Shown: in pieces, positions 34,088 to 47,083 of the stretch
How the letters are laid out: every line of letters begins with the position of its first letter
Numbering within the stretch: the stretch's first letter is position 1
From: Selaginella moellendorffii
Lineage: Eukaryota > Plantae > Lycopodiophyta
DNA: 64,000 bases
Direction of reading: 5' to 3'
Assembly: GCF_000143415.4 (NCBI RefSeq)
Contig: NW_003314335.1
Location: 588,113 to 652,112 of the forward strand
Position numbers and translations under genes: made by a program
The notes under the pieces: generated by a model
Told to the model about the DNA's origin: nothing
What the model saw: only the letters and a program-made list of their open reading frames with translations
Database searches by the model: none

Positions 34088-35949
34088 TTGACGTTCAAAT
34101 GAACTGAGTGGCAAGTTTGAGTTAGTTGTGTTCTAGACGAGATTATTTAATAGAGGTTGAGCTTTAGCTTTTCCTTGAAAAGTGATTGAGTCATGGACAG
34201 AGACAAAAGAGTTAATGATTGATATTAGAATGTTTGAGTCCTTGTTGGATTTGAATTCGAGATATATCGATCATTGATGATTTTCCTTATGCTTGTTATA
34301 AAGTGAGTTACGTCTTACTATAGATGGATTCATGGAGGATTGTTTGATGATCACTTGTTGAGTATAGCTTTGTTTTGCTTAGCTTGAGTATTATGAAGTT
34401 TGGCTTATGGATGTGTTGAGGAGGATGTTGTGGGTTATACCATGATTTTCTTCTTTAGCATTGAAGTTAGTTCCTGTGAGACTCGTGATCATTTGTTAGG
34501 CAAGAATTAGCTATAGGCTTCTTCGAGCTTTTGGTTCTTTGAGTTTTATGCTCATTGTTCCATTTGTTAGAAGTTAATGGGGAAGGCATTTTAGCTCATT
34601 AGCTTCGTTGTTGAAGTTAGCTTTTGCATCTAGCAATCATTAGTGATGCTTGACTATTATCTAGGATAGTTGATTATCCTTGTCAAAAAGTTTTGCTTGA
34701 TTATTGTTGGTATAGAATGATTTGCTGTTCTTCGGGATGGTGGATTCCTTTTTAGCTGATGATTCTGCATCTCTTTATTGATGGGATGATTAATGATCTT
34801 TCATGAGGGTTAGTTAATTATTTTGATGGCTTATGGCTTTTTCGCAATACCACATGTTCTTTGTGGTTTGCTTTGGATTGGTCTCTTGGGTTTGAGACAT
34901 CAGTAGGACGTTGCTGACACTTGCTTAAGTAACTTGAGTTCCTTGGTATTGTTGACTGGGATCTATTCAGATTGGTTGGTGCAATGGTTCGCATGACGAA
35001 GTGTTTGTTGGTCTTACCACATTCATTATGTTCTATTCATTGTTACCATAGTTGGTTTTGATAGATTGGATGTTATTTCCTCTGGGTGTACATTCGCGAG
35101 CATTGTGCTTGTTAATCAATGATACTTTATGTTCTTTGAGTTGTGTTTTATGAGTTGTTTGGCATGCTATCTACAATCTTTGATAGTTAAGTTTTATCAT
35201 TGAGTTTTCTTGATGATAGTTTGGCTATCGAATTTTGTTGGCTACTGAATTCTATATTGTCCAATAATAGTGATCTTGGTGGTTCATATACTATAATACT
35301 AGTTTATCAGATGATAACTTACTTGGAATACATTTTTGTTCTACTCTAAGCTTTATTCACTGATAATTAAATCTCTAAGATTTCATTGTCTATGATTTGA
35401 TATAGTCTCTATATTGATCTTTAAGTTTGGGCCAGTATAGGTAGATTGGCTTCGGCACTTCGTGTGCATGTTGAAATCTCTAGTCATGGGGTAGCTACTG
35501 TCGACTGGTCACATAACCCGCCTTTTTGTCGATGTTCCTTATTCCGTTAAAAGGGCGTGACCATGTGAACAACTCTAATTACTTGTTTACAGTAGTCTAT
35601 CTAAACCTTACCGACGGGTTTGGTTTCTTTGCTCAAGAGGGTTAGGGCCTCTGGCTTCTCTCTCTATGTCCCTACGGGCAGGGCGTATCATACTTTTGTA
35701 GTTGGGTGACACCCAGAGCAGCAAGGGTGGCTAACTCTATTGGTCATTTCCTTGTCAGCGACGGCCGGAAGGTGTCTGAGTTGGTAGCGCATCCATATTA
35801 GACAAAGAGGTTACCCCTAACTCATTTAAGTCGGTGCATTTCTTATATAATGTGAGTACCGTGAACTTTTTCTAGAGTTGTTTCCTTGGAGGTATTCTAG
35901 ACTAGAGTATGCATCAACAAGGACATTGATCTTCCCTAGGGGGGGAGAG

Positions 35950-37074
35950 TGTCGCAAATGTGACTTTGGGTATCGAAAGTTACTTGTTGGCTAGCCCTTA
36001 TGGACACTCTTTCCTTACTGCTATGACGGCAGGAGGTCGGTATTGTTGGACCTGTTATCAGTCTCCACCTGAGTTAGTTGAGAAACTGATCTTCGTGTGT
36101 GCACTTGACCAGATGGGCATAAGGACGGAATTCCTAAGTGCTACTAGTCAAACATACTTGACCTGGTTAGAGAAACTCATTTGTTGACTTGCACTTGCTA
36201 GTGTTGGGAACCCCGTGATATTGAGCTTGGTCCCTCAATATTTGCTAAATGATAGCTTACCGTGTCTGCCAAACACCCTTGCTATCATGCCTTTTGTGCT
36301 AGTCTCATTTCGGTCCCAAATACTATTTATGGAAAGTGTCCAGATTTGCTCATTTGGCATATCTACAGAATGTAGAGATCGACTTGAACACAATGGTGTT
36401 CGTCCCATGTCCAAATTCGCAATCTAGCACCATTCCCTATTTAGTAAGTTTCGAGCTTGTCCTAGAGACTAACTCCTGATACTAAAGGAGGCTTGGGGTG
36501 AAAGCCCAAAATGTGTGTTCCTCAGGGGGGCGGGGGGGGGGGGGGGGCGGGCTATGGGGGGTTCCAAATGTATAGTAGGGATAGTGGGTAGATCGGGTAT
36601 AGCTGACTAACCTGAGGTATAGTCTAGCTCCCGCTTGCATGCATGTCCTTGTTTTGTGTCCGGCTTGGGTCTAAGCCCAAGTTCCATTCCATGCTAGTTG
36701 GTGGAGTACCCATGTCGTTGGTATGTTGAAATAGCACTAAACTCCGTTTGGCTCCGTGTTATGTGCTAGTCCTGGCATTGGGATGTTGGATACTCTAGGC
36801 CTGTTCCAAGTTGCTCCGGCCTCTTGTCCTTTCGCTCCTTGGGCTGTATGCTCAGGAATTACTCTGTGGTCCGGTTCCATCACTCTTTGGCTCCATGCTT
36901 GGGAGTTTGGCACCATTCCTTCGTTCAGTGGCCCAAGGCCCTGAACCTTGGGTTCCACACCACTGTCCTATGGACACGTGGCATGTGACACATGGCATAT
37001 GGAGGGTTTCGCTTTGTGGTGTTATCCTATAGTAACTCACCATAGGATAAAGGGTAAAAACCACGTGTGCTATA
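35950..37074 (+). repeat. Family-A LTR (older, more diverged)
   Basis: tgtcgcaaatg...gtgctata; reverse-complement homologue of 4880-6026; preceded by a PPT. Confidence 0.88.
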
Positions 37075-37092
37075 GTTGGTATCAAAGCAAAT

Positions 37093-37675
37093 GGTTCGAA
37101 GGATCCACGGTAATAGTATATCCAAATCTCATCTTATGATCACATGCGCTATACTCACCCAACCCCCCCCCCCCCCCCCCCCTTTTAAAAAAGTTAATGG
37201 CCCCATTGACTATTGACTAAAAACCCCTACTGAGCCAAAGGGAATCAGCATCTCCATTTTCGCACTAAATTTACCAATCCTTCCATTATGTAGACTAGTT
37301 ATTCCATGTGAGGCAACTAGTCATCCACCCATACCACAGTCCCATGGTGAATACCTTTGTCTATGGATACTCCACACAAAAGGAAAGACATATGCATGGA
37401 TGCCCAATATGTACAATTTCAAATTTAGGGGTAAGAATATACCTTGCTCAAGGGTATATTATATTTTTAAGTAACCACTAATCAATGCGAATAGAATTTG
37501 CTCCGATACCAACTATAACACACTTTATCTCTTTCTTTTTAAACCAACTAGAAAAGGGGCAATTATTTGATGAGAGAGCCCTTAGTGGCTATTTTTTCCC
37601 CATTTATCCCCTAAGGTTCTAAGGATCCATAGTGACAGTATATCCAAATCTCATTTTATGATCACATGTGCTACA
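37093..37675 (-). mobile_element. Degenerate TRIM-like element
   Basis: 162-bp LTR at 37514-37675; PBS tggtatcggagc on minus near 37500-37511; G-rich PPT on minus from 37154; partial second LTR at 37093-37153. Confidence 0.6.
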
Positions 37676-38441
37676 AGCTCTTTTGGAAAATCAAATGGTC
37701 AATGCTCCCAATCCAAGTGTGGGTGGCACTACCTACTTAGATACTTGGCATGGCTCTTTAAAACTTTGCTTTACCCACATAGCTAGGACACCTAAAGGTG
37801 GAAGGTGGGGAGAGTACCTATGATGCTCACGTAGGGCCATGATATTTCAAAATGTCATCCCAAAGTTCTAGACTGTGGAAAGGAAAAAGAGTAGTCCTCT
37901 TGTGTAGTGACTAAGGATATGGTGATATAGTAAGGAAGTCCCAGAAGTCAGTGGGACTTAATGGTCAAACCTTTAAGCCCTTGACCAAGTGATAGTGTTA
38001 ACAAGCACGATCGTGGATGGAGGGGGATTTAGTGGGAATTGAAGAAGGGACATTAGGGAAGGGTGTTCCCTATGTCTCTTGGCATCCTAAAGATGCTAAG
38101 GTGTGGTCATAAAATGACCACTCATGGATAGATAGCCCAGTCTTTGAGAGACAGAACTATGGCATAGGTGGTCTTAAACTACCAATAAGACAAGGATAAA
38201 TGGATATGGCATTAGCGTAACGGGCTAATATGTTAGTGGTACTCTAAAGTGTCTATCATGGGATCAGACACATGGAGCACTTAGACTAATTGCAAAAGTT
38301 AATTGACATAAATGCCATTAATAAGGCTAATATATCCCAAAGTTAGGAATAAAACTTATGGAAGTTATAAGTGAGACTCCTCCAAGTGGTCAAAAATATG
38401 GTTAAGTGACTAAAGTAAAATGGAAAATTTAATCATTTACA
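37676..38441. mobile_element. Family-B LTR, diverged second copy (partial)
   Basis: Aligns with ~12830-13598 and shares the same terminal ..ttaca. Confidence 0.65.
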
Positions 38442-40705
38442 TTACTAGAGAAAAAGGCATTGCCCATGTTTTCCCCTCATTACTCCTTATCCTAGTTAAG
38501 GTACAAATTTCAAGTAATCTACAAAAACTCCTTAAAATCTTGGGGGGCTACATAGTGTATAGGAAATACTCAAAACATGTCTAGGCCCACCCAACTCCTC
38601 TTCCTAATTATAATTTGCACCATGCTCCACCCACATTCTACTTTATGGGCTTGCATTATGTAGCTTTTTCGATTTCCTACATACCAAGAGATTGTCATCA
38701 AGAGCTTTATATTCTCTTCCACTAGTGAAGTTGTTGGAGCCATGGTCTTCATTACACTCCATGCCACAAGTATGCTCTAATCACTCAAGGACAGGCACAC
38801 TATTCATAAATGGATCATGGACTTAGAGATCAAGCCAAAGCTGACACAGTATTAACATTGTAGCTCTTGCCCACAAGGAGCTATACAATTTGGAGAGTCT
38901 TGATCATCGCCACATCAAGGTGGAAAGCTAGAGGAAGATCTTAATCCATCTTTTGGGAGGAGCTCCATAAAAATTGGATTGGTTGATTGCACTCAACTTC
39001 TCTAGGCATTTAGTTATGGCAGGGCTGTCATGGTTTAAAGAGAGCCAAGGAAGTTCATTATTTGGGTTAAATATAATAGCTTGAGTTCATGTCACAAGGT
39101 GCAAATCAATTAAGAGGAAGAGCTTCATTAGGTTGATCAATTGTATTTATAGAGCATCCTGATAAGTGGGTGCACAAGCTAGGCAAACTTTTTATTTATT
39201 TCAAAAGTAATAAAGGAAAGGTAGGCTTTTTTTCATTTCCTTTTGTGAAAGATATATTTTTCTGTTGAAGAGCATATATATTCAAGTTAAAATAGGAAGC
39301 TTGCATTACTAAATAAAGGAAAATGGTGAAGGCACTTGGTGTAGCACAATAACAAAAACTAAAGGTAATCTTGCAACAACTCAAATGTTTTGTAGAGAAA
39401 TTGGTGAAGAAAGGTCAAGACAGTTCTATCTTTAAACCAATACTAAAGAGGTATGTGTGCTCAAGCTTAAATCACTTGATAATGTCCTAATTTTTTTTTT
39501 TTTATAAGATCACAATGACATTCTAGAGAGTCAAAGCAAGTGGTGCCAATATAGATAGACTCATTACTAATAGTCTTGCCTTTGTTGCAAAAGTGGCTTA
39601 AAAAATTGATGGATATAAGATTAATAATATATATAGATTGAACATGAGATCTCTATAGTTCTAGTTTTAAATGACAGTTTCTATATAATAATTTACAAAG
39701 AAAATTCATAGAATTTGACCCCAATGGAAATACCGTTCATATAGTGATTAAAGCTTAAAATCAATTGATCAACTATAAAACTTTTTTTTCTGCAAAAATA
39801 TCCTATACTGAAATATCAATTGACTGAGCTGAAATCCCCAATGATATGGCATTGGATTATCTTATTGTGGCATGCAAAAGAGCATCACCATGCATGACTA
39901 TGGCTAAAGAAAACTTTTAAATTTTCTTACATTTACATGTGTTTATTAAGATTTAATGTGTACCATCTATGCAAGCCTATAGCCCCAGCTAAAACTACTA
40001 CCACTCCAAGTTCTAGAAAGGTTTGGCTTTGGAGAGTCTATCAGCACATTCAAACCTCCAAATTGCAAAGCTACCCAACCATATTTTTTAATTTTTATGA
40101 TGATTAAGGGGTTTTGCACCATTATGAATTTAATAGTAAAGTGCTATTACACTAAATTTTATAACCTCTAATTTAATATTTTAACTTCATTAAATTAGGC
40201 TAATTTTAGTCCTTTCTATTTCTATTTTGAAAAAATATTAAGAATATTCTGTAAAGTATCTAGTTTCCACCAAATTAGCTCAAACAACAACAATAAATTA
40301 ATTGCGTGGTGGCCTTTTGAATTCAAGGCATAGATTAATTCAATCAATTAATTTGCCAAGCAATAGGGAGCTGTGAAGAAAGAAAATTCACTAGGAGGAG
40401 GAGCTGTAAATTAAATTAGTTTATTTAATGGGTATGATTCATAATTATTTTATTTTATTTTATCTGCTGATGTGAAAAAATAACATTATGCTAAAATCTT
40501 CTAATTTAAAATTTTAATTTAACCGAGTAGTATTTGCAAACAAAAAAACGTGTCACTGGAATTGGCTGAGGTGGCAGGCTCTATTATGTCCACGTGTTTT
40601 ATATTTGTCGTGGTACCTGAAAAGAACACCATCGGGCGAGGTGAAAACACACAGGATTCCCTGGTATTCATTTAACCTTGTCACCTCTTTGTGGGCTCCA
40701 AGGGT

Positions 40706-40737
<32 letters not shown>

Positions 40738-40875
40738 CCCTGGCTTCTTGTGGTGCCGAGGAGCTTTCCCTGGAGAATCCCAGTCGATCTGCCGCTACAG
40801 CCGCGTTGCACACCCAAATTCTGGGTATGAGCATTGGTTTCGGTGGGATTCAGTGGCCGGATTGAGCAGCCAGCT

Positions 40876-41970
40876 ATGGCGATCGCCTTGGGGCGTCACA
40901 GATTTCCCATGCTGGCCACGCAGCCGCGGATATTTCACAGATCGGCGGCCAAAAGATTGGCTGCCAGCGGTCTCTGGAGCCAGCGGCCGCGGATCAAGAG
41001 GATTTCCGTGAGATCTTCGACGCCGGCGCACAAAGACGCGATCGGTCATCACGAGAATGGGCTCGCATCGATCGATCCAGCTGCTGCTGCCGCCGCGGCT
41101 CAGATTGTGAAGCATTACGATCGAAGCAAGCGCCTGGAGGAACGCATCGAAAGGGTAAGAAAGATATTTAGGAACTCTAGTTTTCATTGGTAGTTTTGTT
41201 TATCTCTCTTTTGGAATTTTTTTCAGGCAATTTTTGATTGCAGATTCCTCACACTGTTCGGAGTGATTGGTTCTTTAGCAGGCTCATTGCTGTGTTTTGT
41301 CAAGGTAAATCAGATCTTACTCTTCCATTGACAATTTTTCTTAGTTTTGGTTCCTATGCTCAAAACTTTTGCTTGGTTTTGCTTTGTGACAGGGTTCTTT
41401 GTTCGTGTTGAGGTCGTTTATAGAGTATTTCAATGCAATCTGGCAAGGAGTTGACACCGAGGTTATACTTTTGCTGGTGGAAGCTGTAGGTACGATGGAG
41501 ATCTAAAATCTAGATTGAGATCAAACAGTGCTCAACTTAATTTTGATCTTTGCAGACATTTATCTCATGGGGACTGTGATGCTCATCTTCGGGATGGGCT
41601 TGTACGAGTTGTTTGTGAGCACGCTCGACATTCCAGAAGAGAACCTCCCGGCTGGAGTCCCCAGAACTACTGTTTGCGGCTCCAACTTGTTTGGGCTTTT
41701 CAGGCTCCAGGTGACTTTGCTAAAACCTCTCTTTTCGAAAGTTTGTGAATCATATCTTTCACTCAGGAGCGCCCGAAGTGGCTGGAAATTCGATCCCTGG
41801 ACGAGCTCAAGACGAAACTGGGACATGTTATCGTCATGATCCTTCTGGTTGGCATGTTTGACAAGAGCAAGAAGATCGTCATCCACACAGCCTTGGATCT
41901 CGTGTGTCTCTCGGCCTCCATTCTTTTCTCATCGGGCTGCCTCTTCCTCCTCTCTAAATTACACAAGTAA
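40876..41970 (+). CDS. UPF0114 (YqhA-like) membrane protein with transit-peptide-like N-terminus
   Basis: Spliced exons give IER|AIFDCRFLTL..GSLAGSLLCF, DIYLMGTVMLIFGMGLYELFVS, GSNLFGLFRL, SLDELKTKLGHVIVMILLV. Confidence 0.85.
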
Positions 41971-42075
41971 TAGGGGTGCGATCTACAAACCATTGTTTAT
42001 CACCACAAACGTTGGTTAAATACACTTTCTATTTGACCTAGTTTTTTCGCGCCGAGTTTTGAATTTAGGGATGGG

Positions 42076-42757
42076 ATGGAGCGATGGATGGAGCTACTAG
42101 GATTGCTCCGGCGGGATGGCGGCGTGCGCCTAGCGGTGGATTGGGTCGATTCGGGGCATTCTTCGCAGCTTTGGATGCTGATCCCCGATCTTCTGGCGCG
42201 GGAGGTTGCGCTTCTGGACGGCATCCAGGCTCGCAAGTAGGGTTTTGTGTTTTCTGGATTCGTGGGTGAATTTTCTGTCATGGTTTGCAGCTGCCTGTGG
42301 ATTGAAACACTGCCTAGCGCGATGCAAGCTGATGTGTTGGCCTTTGTTTACCTGCGATCCAATCGCTTTCGGCCCAACGATTTGCTGCTGCTTTCTAAGC
42401 GTCTGCTGGAGTGCGGTGAGAACTTGGATTTTTGGGTGCGACGAGCAGCACAGACTCTTCTCGAAAAATGCTCGCAGTCGTCGAATTCTAAAGGTGAGCT
42501 GGCAATCATTCCTTGAGCTTCTAGGTTCAGGACTTTTCCTTTTTAAACCAGAAGCATCAGACTTCGACGAGATTCCGGACTTTCTAAAGAAGCATATGGA
42601 ACCTGAAAGCCACGAAGCAATGCTCAAAGAAGACGCGCAACAAGAATTCAATCCAGAAGACGAGGAAGACTACTGGAACTTGAAGTTATCAGATGATACC
42701 ACTCCTGATCACGACTTGGAAAAAGAGGAAGACAGCATCAGGAATCGATCTAGCTGA
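42076..42757 (+). pseudogene. Possible N-terminal fragment of a plant FANCE-like gene
   Basis: Three GT-AG exons: MERWMELL.., LWIETLPSAMQADVLAF..RF..LDFWVRRAAQTLL, DFDEIPDFL. Resembles from memory the N-terminus of plant FANCE-annotated proteins; stops early. Confidence 0.4.
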
Positions 42758-43360
42758 GAAGGCCCTGGGGTTAGGAGAAATCTCTTCAGAACTTAACGAC
42801 TTTCACACCGATGAGCAAGTCGGGTGCGTCACTGGGGGAAATGTAAGCGCTTGGCTGCAAATCTAAATCCAGGACAGCTTTTCAGGAGAGGATATAAATT
42901 ATAAACATGGTTAGAATCGTATGGCCTGGTTCATGGCTTGGTCCCAAGGGTGCAGAGGCATGACACATGATGGAATTTTGTGGACACCTCCATTCTATCT
43001 CCTTGATTGTTGATCTGTTAATTTGTCTAAAGGTTCCTACAAGAAGCAAGAAGTGGGCCTTTATATGTGGTGATTTAGGTAAAGTTACATCTATAAGGTT
43101 GACATCACTTCTGTGTGTGATATAAGACCACAACTTCCAAGCTACTCAAGAGAGAATTGGAACATTCTTTCTTTTTAATATATATTTTATATTTCTGATC
43201 TTTTCTTATCCTCCTATATATGTCAGTCCTATTTTTGTATTATTTTTAAATATACAAGAATTATCAAGCTTAAAAGGAGTCCAGAAGACAAGAAGGCATC
43301 AGGGGGCCAATCCATAATACAGATTTTCTACCATCAGTAACTTAATTTTTCCGGTTTTTC

Positions 43361-45277
43361 ATGGCAACAGATCATACAGTAGAGTGTTTAGCAATCTCGG
43401 TGGAGCGACTAGAGACCCTCTCTTATGCAGACTCAAACACGTACGCTCCTCTTCTACGAAGATGTGGGAGCAGCAAAGCTCTGGAACTGGGAAAGAGAAT
43501 CCACAGGCACATTTGCAAGAGTGGGCACGAACGAGATACTTTCCTGGGGAATCTTCTTGTGGACATGTACGGACGGTGTACGAGAGTAGACGATGCCCGG
43601 GGAGTTTTCGACCGCATCAAGCGGAAGAATCGTTTCTCGTGGAATATCCTTGTGGGAGCATATACCCAGAACGGGCACCTAGAGCTTGCGAGGGAGGTGT
43701 TTGATTCTATGCCAGAGAGAGACGTCGTGTCATGGAATACCATGTTTGGTGCATATGCGCAGCACGGGAATATTCACGAGGCGAGGCTTTTGTTTGAAAA
43801 TATGCCCTTTCATAATGTTGTATCTTGGAATGCCATGATACGGGCATATGCCCAGGGAGGGTATAGTGGTGACGCGGTTTGCTTGTTTCATTCGATGCAA
43901 TTAGAAGGGTTTAAGCCAAACGAGATCACATTCATAGTTGTGATAGATGCTTGGGTTTCTTGGAAGGATTCTCAGCTGGACAATAAAACTCAAAGTTTGG
44001 AATCGTTGGTTATAGATAATGGGTTTCTTGCTGATGTTGCAGTTGGTAATGCTCTCATGAACCTCTACAGCAGATTTGAAAAATTTGACAAGGTTAATTT
44101 TGTGTTTGAAAAGATGGCAAAGCAAGATGTTGTGAGCTGGACTACATTGCTCTCAGCGTATGCCCGAAATGGACATCCAGAGAAAGCTCTCGTGTGTTTG
44201 CCCCTGATGGATTTGGAGGGTCATCATCCAGACAGTATAACTTGCATAACATTGTGCGAGGCTTGTGGAGAACTCGGTTCCTTGAAGCAATGCCTTGAGA
44301 CTCAAGCAGTGATAGATGATGTTTCTAGTGACGTCAGATCAAATACAAAAGTTGGAAATGCTTTGGTCACAATGTACGGAAAATGTGGTGGAGTTGATCT
44401 TGCAAGTCAATCCTTTAATAAAATTCCCAGCAAGGACGTAATAAGCTGGACTGCCTTGATCACAGCCAATGCCATAAATGGGCATCCGCACAAAGCAATG
44501 AGAGTTTTCAAGCTGATGGATCTTGAGGGTTTTTGCGTGGACAAGGTTGCGTGGATTAGCATGATCGATGCTTGCACTTGTGCTTCCGCCATTTTTGAGG
44601 GGAGATTGATCCACTCGGCTCTAGTGTCGCGAGGAGGATCAATCGATCTCGAAGTATCCAATGCTCTCCTCAGCATGTACGCTAAATGCGGTAGCCTGAA
44701 AGATGCCGTGGCGATTCTAGACGTGATTCCTTCCCTGGACATTGTGGGATGGAACGCCATGATCACGGCATTTGCCCGGAGTGGGCATTACACCAAAACT
44801 ATAGATTTCTATCGCCTCATGGCTCTGGAGGGATCTTCTCGACCAAACTCCATCACTTTTATCAGCGTCTTGAGTGCTTGCAGCCACAAAGGACTCGTCA
44901 AAGATGGAATATCCCATTTCACTTCGATGGTCTGGGACTATGGGATTGAACCTGTAATCGACCATTACTTGTGCATGGTTGATCTCTTGGGTCGAGGTGG
45001 CGAGCTTAGAGATGCCGAGGAGCTACTAAAGAATATGCCCGTCGTGCCCAACGAGGTGGCATGGCGGACGCTCTTGAGCGCCTGTGGAACAAATGGGGAC
45101 ATTGGACGGGGAAAGTCGGCAGTCAAGAGAATCGAGCGCGAGACCTCATCGTCTCTGGCAGGTCGCAGGCTCGAATCGCTGGAGAAGACCTTTAGTGCCG
45201 GTGGTCGCGGTTTCGAATCTAGGGACGGGAAAATGGCCGTGTCACATTTTCCTCAATGCCTTCTATCCTCCAACTAA
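43361..45277 (+). CDS. PLS-class pentatricopeptide repeat protein, E domain truncated
   Basis: Intronless 638 aa; repeated DVVSWNAMI / NALxxMYxKCG motifs, HYLCMVDLLGRGG, WRTLLSAC; no DYW. Confidence 0.93.
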   Translation: MATDHTVECLAISVERLETLSYADSNTYAPLLRRCGSSKALELGKRIHRHICKSGHERDTFLGNLLVDMYGRCTRVDDARGVFDRIKRKNRFSWNILVGAYTQNGHLELAREVFDSMPERDVVSWNTMFGAYAQHGNIHEARLLFENMPFHNVVSWNAMIRAYAQGGYSGDAVCLFHSMQLEGFKPNEITFIVVIDAWVSWKDSQLDNKTQSLESLVIDNGFLADVAVGNALMNLYSRFEKFDKVNFVFEKMAKQDVVSWTTLLSAYARNGHPEKALVCLPLMDLEGHHPDSITCITLCEACGELGSLKQCLETQAVIDDVSSDVRSNTKVGNALVTMYGKCGGVDLASQSFNKIPSKDVISWTALITANAINGHPHKAMRVFKLMDLEGFCVDKVAWISMIDACTCASAIFEGRLIHSALVSRGGSIDLEVSNALLSMYAKCGSLKDAVAILDVIPSLDIVGWNAMITAFARSGHYTKTIDFYRLMALEGSSRPNSITFISVLSACSHKGLVKDGISHFTSMVWDYGIEPVIDHYLCMVDLLGRGGELRDAEELLKNMPVVPNEVAWRTLLSACGTNGDIGRGKSAVKRIERETSSSLAGRRLESLEKTFSAGGRGFESRDGKMAVSHFPQCLLSSN

Positions 45278-45319
45278 GTTGTTCTCTAGGTTTCGAGTAG
45301 CAAGGCGCTGGGCGTGGCC

Positions 45320-46818
45320 ATGGCGCTCACGGCGGGGACGAGCGCGGCGTGCTGCTCGGCGATGCCATCGTGCCTCCGCGAGGATTCGCAATGGTTCGGG
45401 GAGGAGCGCATGGCGTGGCCGAGATTTTTCAGAGGCAGCACAGGGATTAGGGGAAGGAGCACGAGCAGCACCGCTAGTAGCAGCAGATTTTGCGTGGTTT
45501 CGAGGATGGGAGGCGGTAGAAGGGGAGGAAGGAGTGGCGGTGGGAGAAGAGGTGGTCGAGGACGAAGGGGCAATAGGGGCGCGGAGACTGTGAGTGAGGA
45601 TGATGGCCCAACGATGAATGAGCGCATCAGGTAACACTAGCGAATGCTTTCGATAGAATTTTTCTCCGGTGTGAGCCTCTTCTAAAACTCTTTCTTGCAT
45701 TCCAGAGCTCCAATTCTTCGTCTTATTGGAGAGGACTCACAGCAGGTACCATAAATATTTTTTTAGAAGGTCCAATTTTTTTTTTTGATCATGGTTTTTC
45801 ATGTTTAGATTGGGATTGTTCCAAGGGAGGATGCGTTTCAAAGGGCTGAACGATTAGAGCTTGATCTCGTGAGCTTTCTTTCCTTCTTATTTGGAGATTC
45901 TGACAATGTTTTCTCTTCTGTAGGTTCTTATTTCAGCTGACTCCGATCCACCGGTGGCCAAGTTGATGGATTACAGGTGAGAATGTTTCTGGCATTGCTG
46001 TCGAGACGAAAGTAACACAGCCAAATATTTACAGTGGATTCATTTGATGGCAGCAAATACAAGTACGAGCAGCAAAAGAAGAAAAGGGACCAGCAGAAAA
46101 AAGCAGCTGGTATTACGTTTTTTTACAGCATTGGGTGTACGTGTTGATCATCGCCGTTTTTCTGTTGTTTCTCTCCGCAGCTAGCAGAGTGGAGATCAAA
46201 GAATTGAAAATGAGGTAAGATGTCACGCTTCCTAAAACCATGGCTGTAGCTCTTACTTACACCCCCGTGTGCTACAGATATAACATCGATACCCACGACT
46301 ACGAAGTTCGACTGAAGCAAGCGAAGAATTTCCTAAAAGATGGCGACAAGGTAACGTTTTTTCTCAGCGGCGTGATGACTTAGAATGGTTTTGCTTGCCT
46401 TGCCGCACAGGTGAAAGTGTTCATGCCTTTCAGAGGCCGAGAAGCCCAATTCAAGGATTTGGGCGTGAAGCTCCTAAGAAAATTCGAGGAAGACATTGGA
46501 GAGGTATGGAGCTTTCATTTTTGTTTCATATCCAGCACATAAGTTTCCGTTTCGTGCTCTCAGATGGGATCCCTGGAAAACAAACTAGCTGACGAAGGGA
46601 GAACAATGTACATGACGTTAGCACCCAACAAGATCCAGGCCTCCAAGTCGGAGAAATCCAAGCCGAGGCAATCCAAGGACGAGGAGGACGAAGAAATCGT
46701 GTCCGAGAGCGATGAGATTGCTGAGAGTGAAGAAGAAGAAGACGAAGAAAACGATGGCGATGATTCGGCCGAAGAAGAAATCCGCGAAGAACAGGCAACA
46801 GCGGCCACAGTCTCTTAA
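45320..46818 (+). CDS. Plastid translation initiation factor IF-3
   Basis: Transit peptide then [53 protein letters not shown]..FRGRE; acidic tail. Confidence 0.92.
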
Positions 46819-47083
46819 AGAGCTTTTTTTTTTGGTTCCTTGTTGTACAGGGCGATTAGTTTGTTTGAAAAGAGTATATTCCTTTGGCATCTTTTCGAAA
46901 ATTGTAGCCGTTGGTAGAGGAGATTTTAGGGTTCTTGGAGGGCATGGCGTGGCGCTGCGGCGGATCTGTGGCGCTGGCGCGGGAATGCTACTGGTTGTAA
47001 GTTGCGGGAGGAGATCTTAGAGTAGGATTTGGGGGCCCGGCGATTGATCGAGCGATGCGAGCAGCGGCAGGGTTTGGGGAGTG

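Larger units (their letters stand above)
13599..37074 (+). mobile_element. Family-A LTR element (3' part), host to Cassandra and the Sola-like transposon
   Basis: 13599-14186, 14820-15064 and 34088-35949 are collinear with the reverse complement of 8765->6027. PPT ggggggagag ends at 35949, followed by an LTR. Confidence 0.85.

Noticed and set aside
38442-39200. Possible decayed relative of the Sola-like element (ggtacaaatttcaagta near 38500 resembles its right subterminus)
   Set aside because: Match is under 20 bp with no TIR, TSD or readable protein motif.
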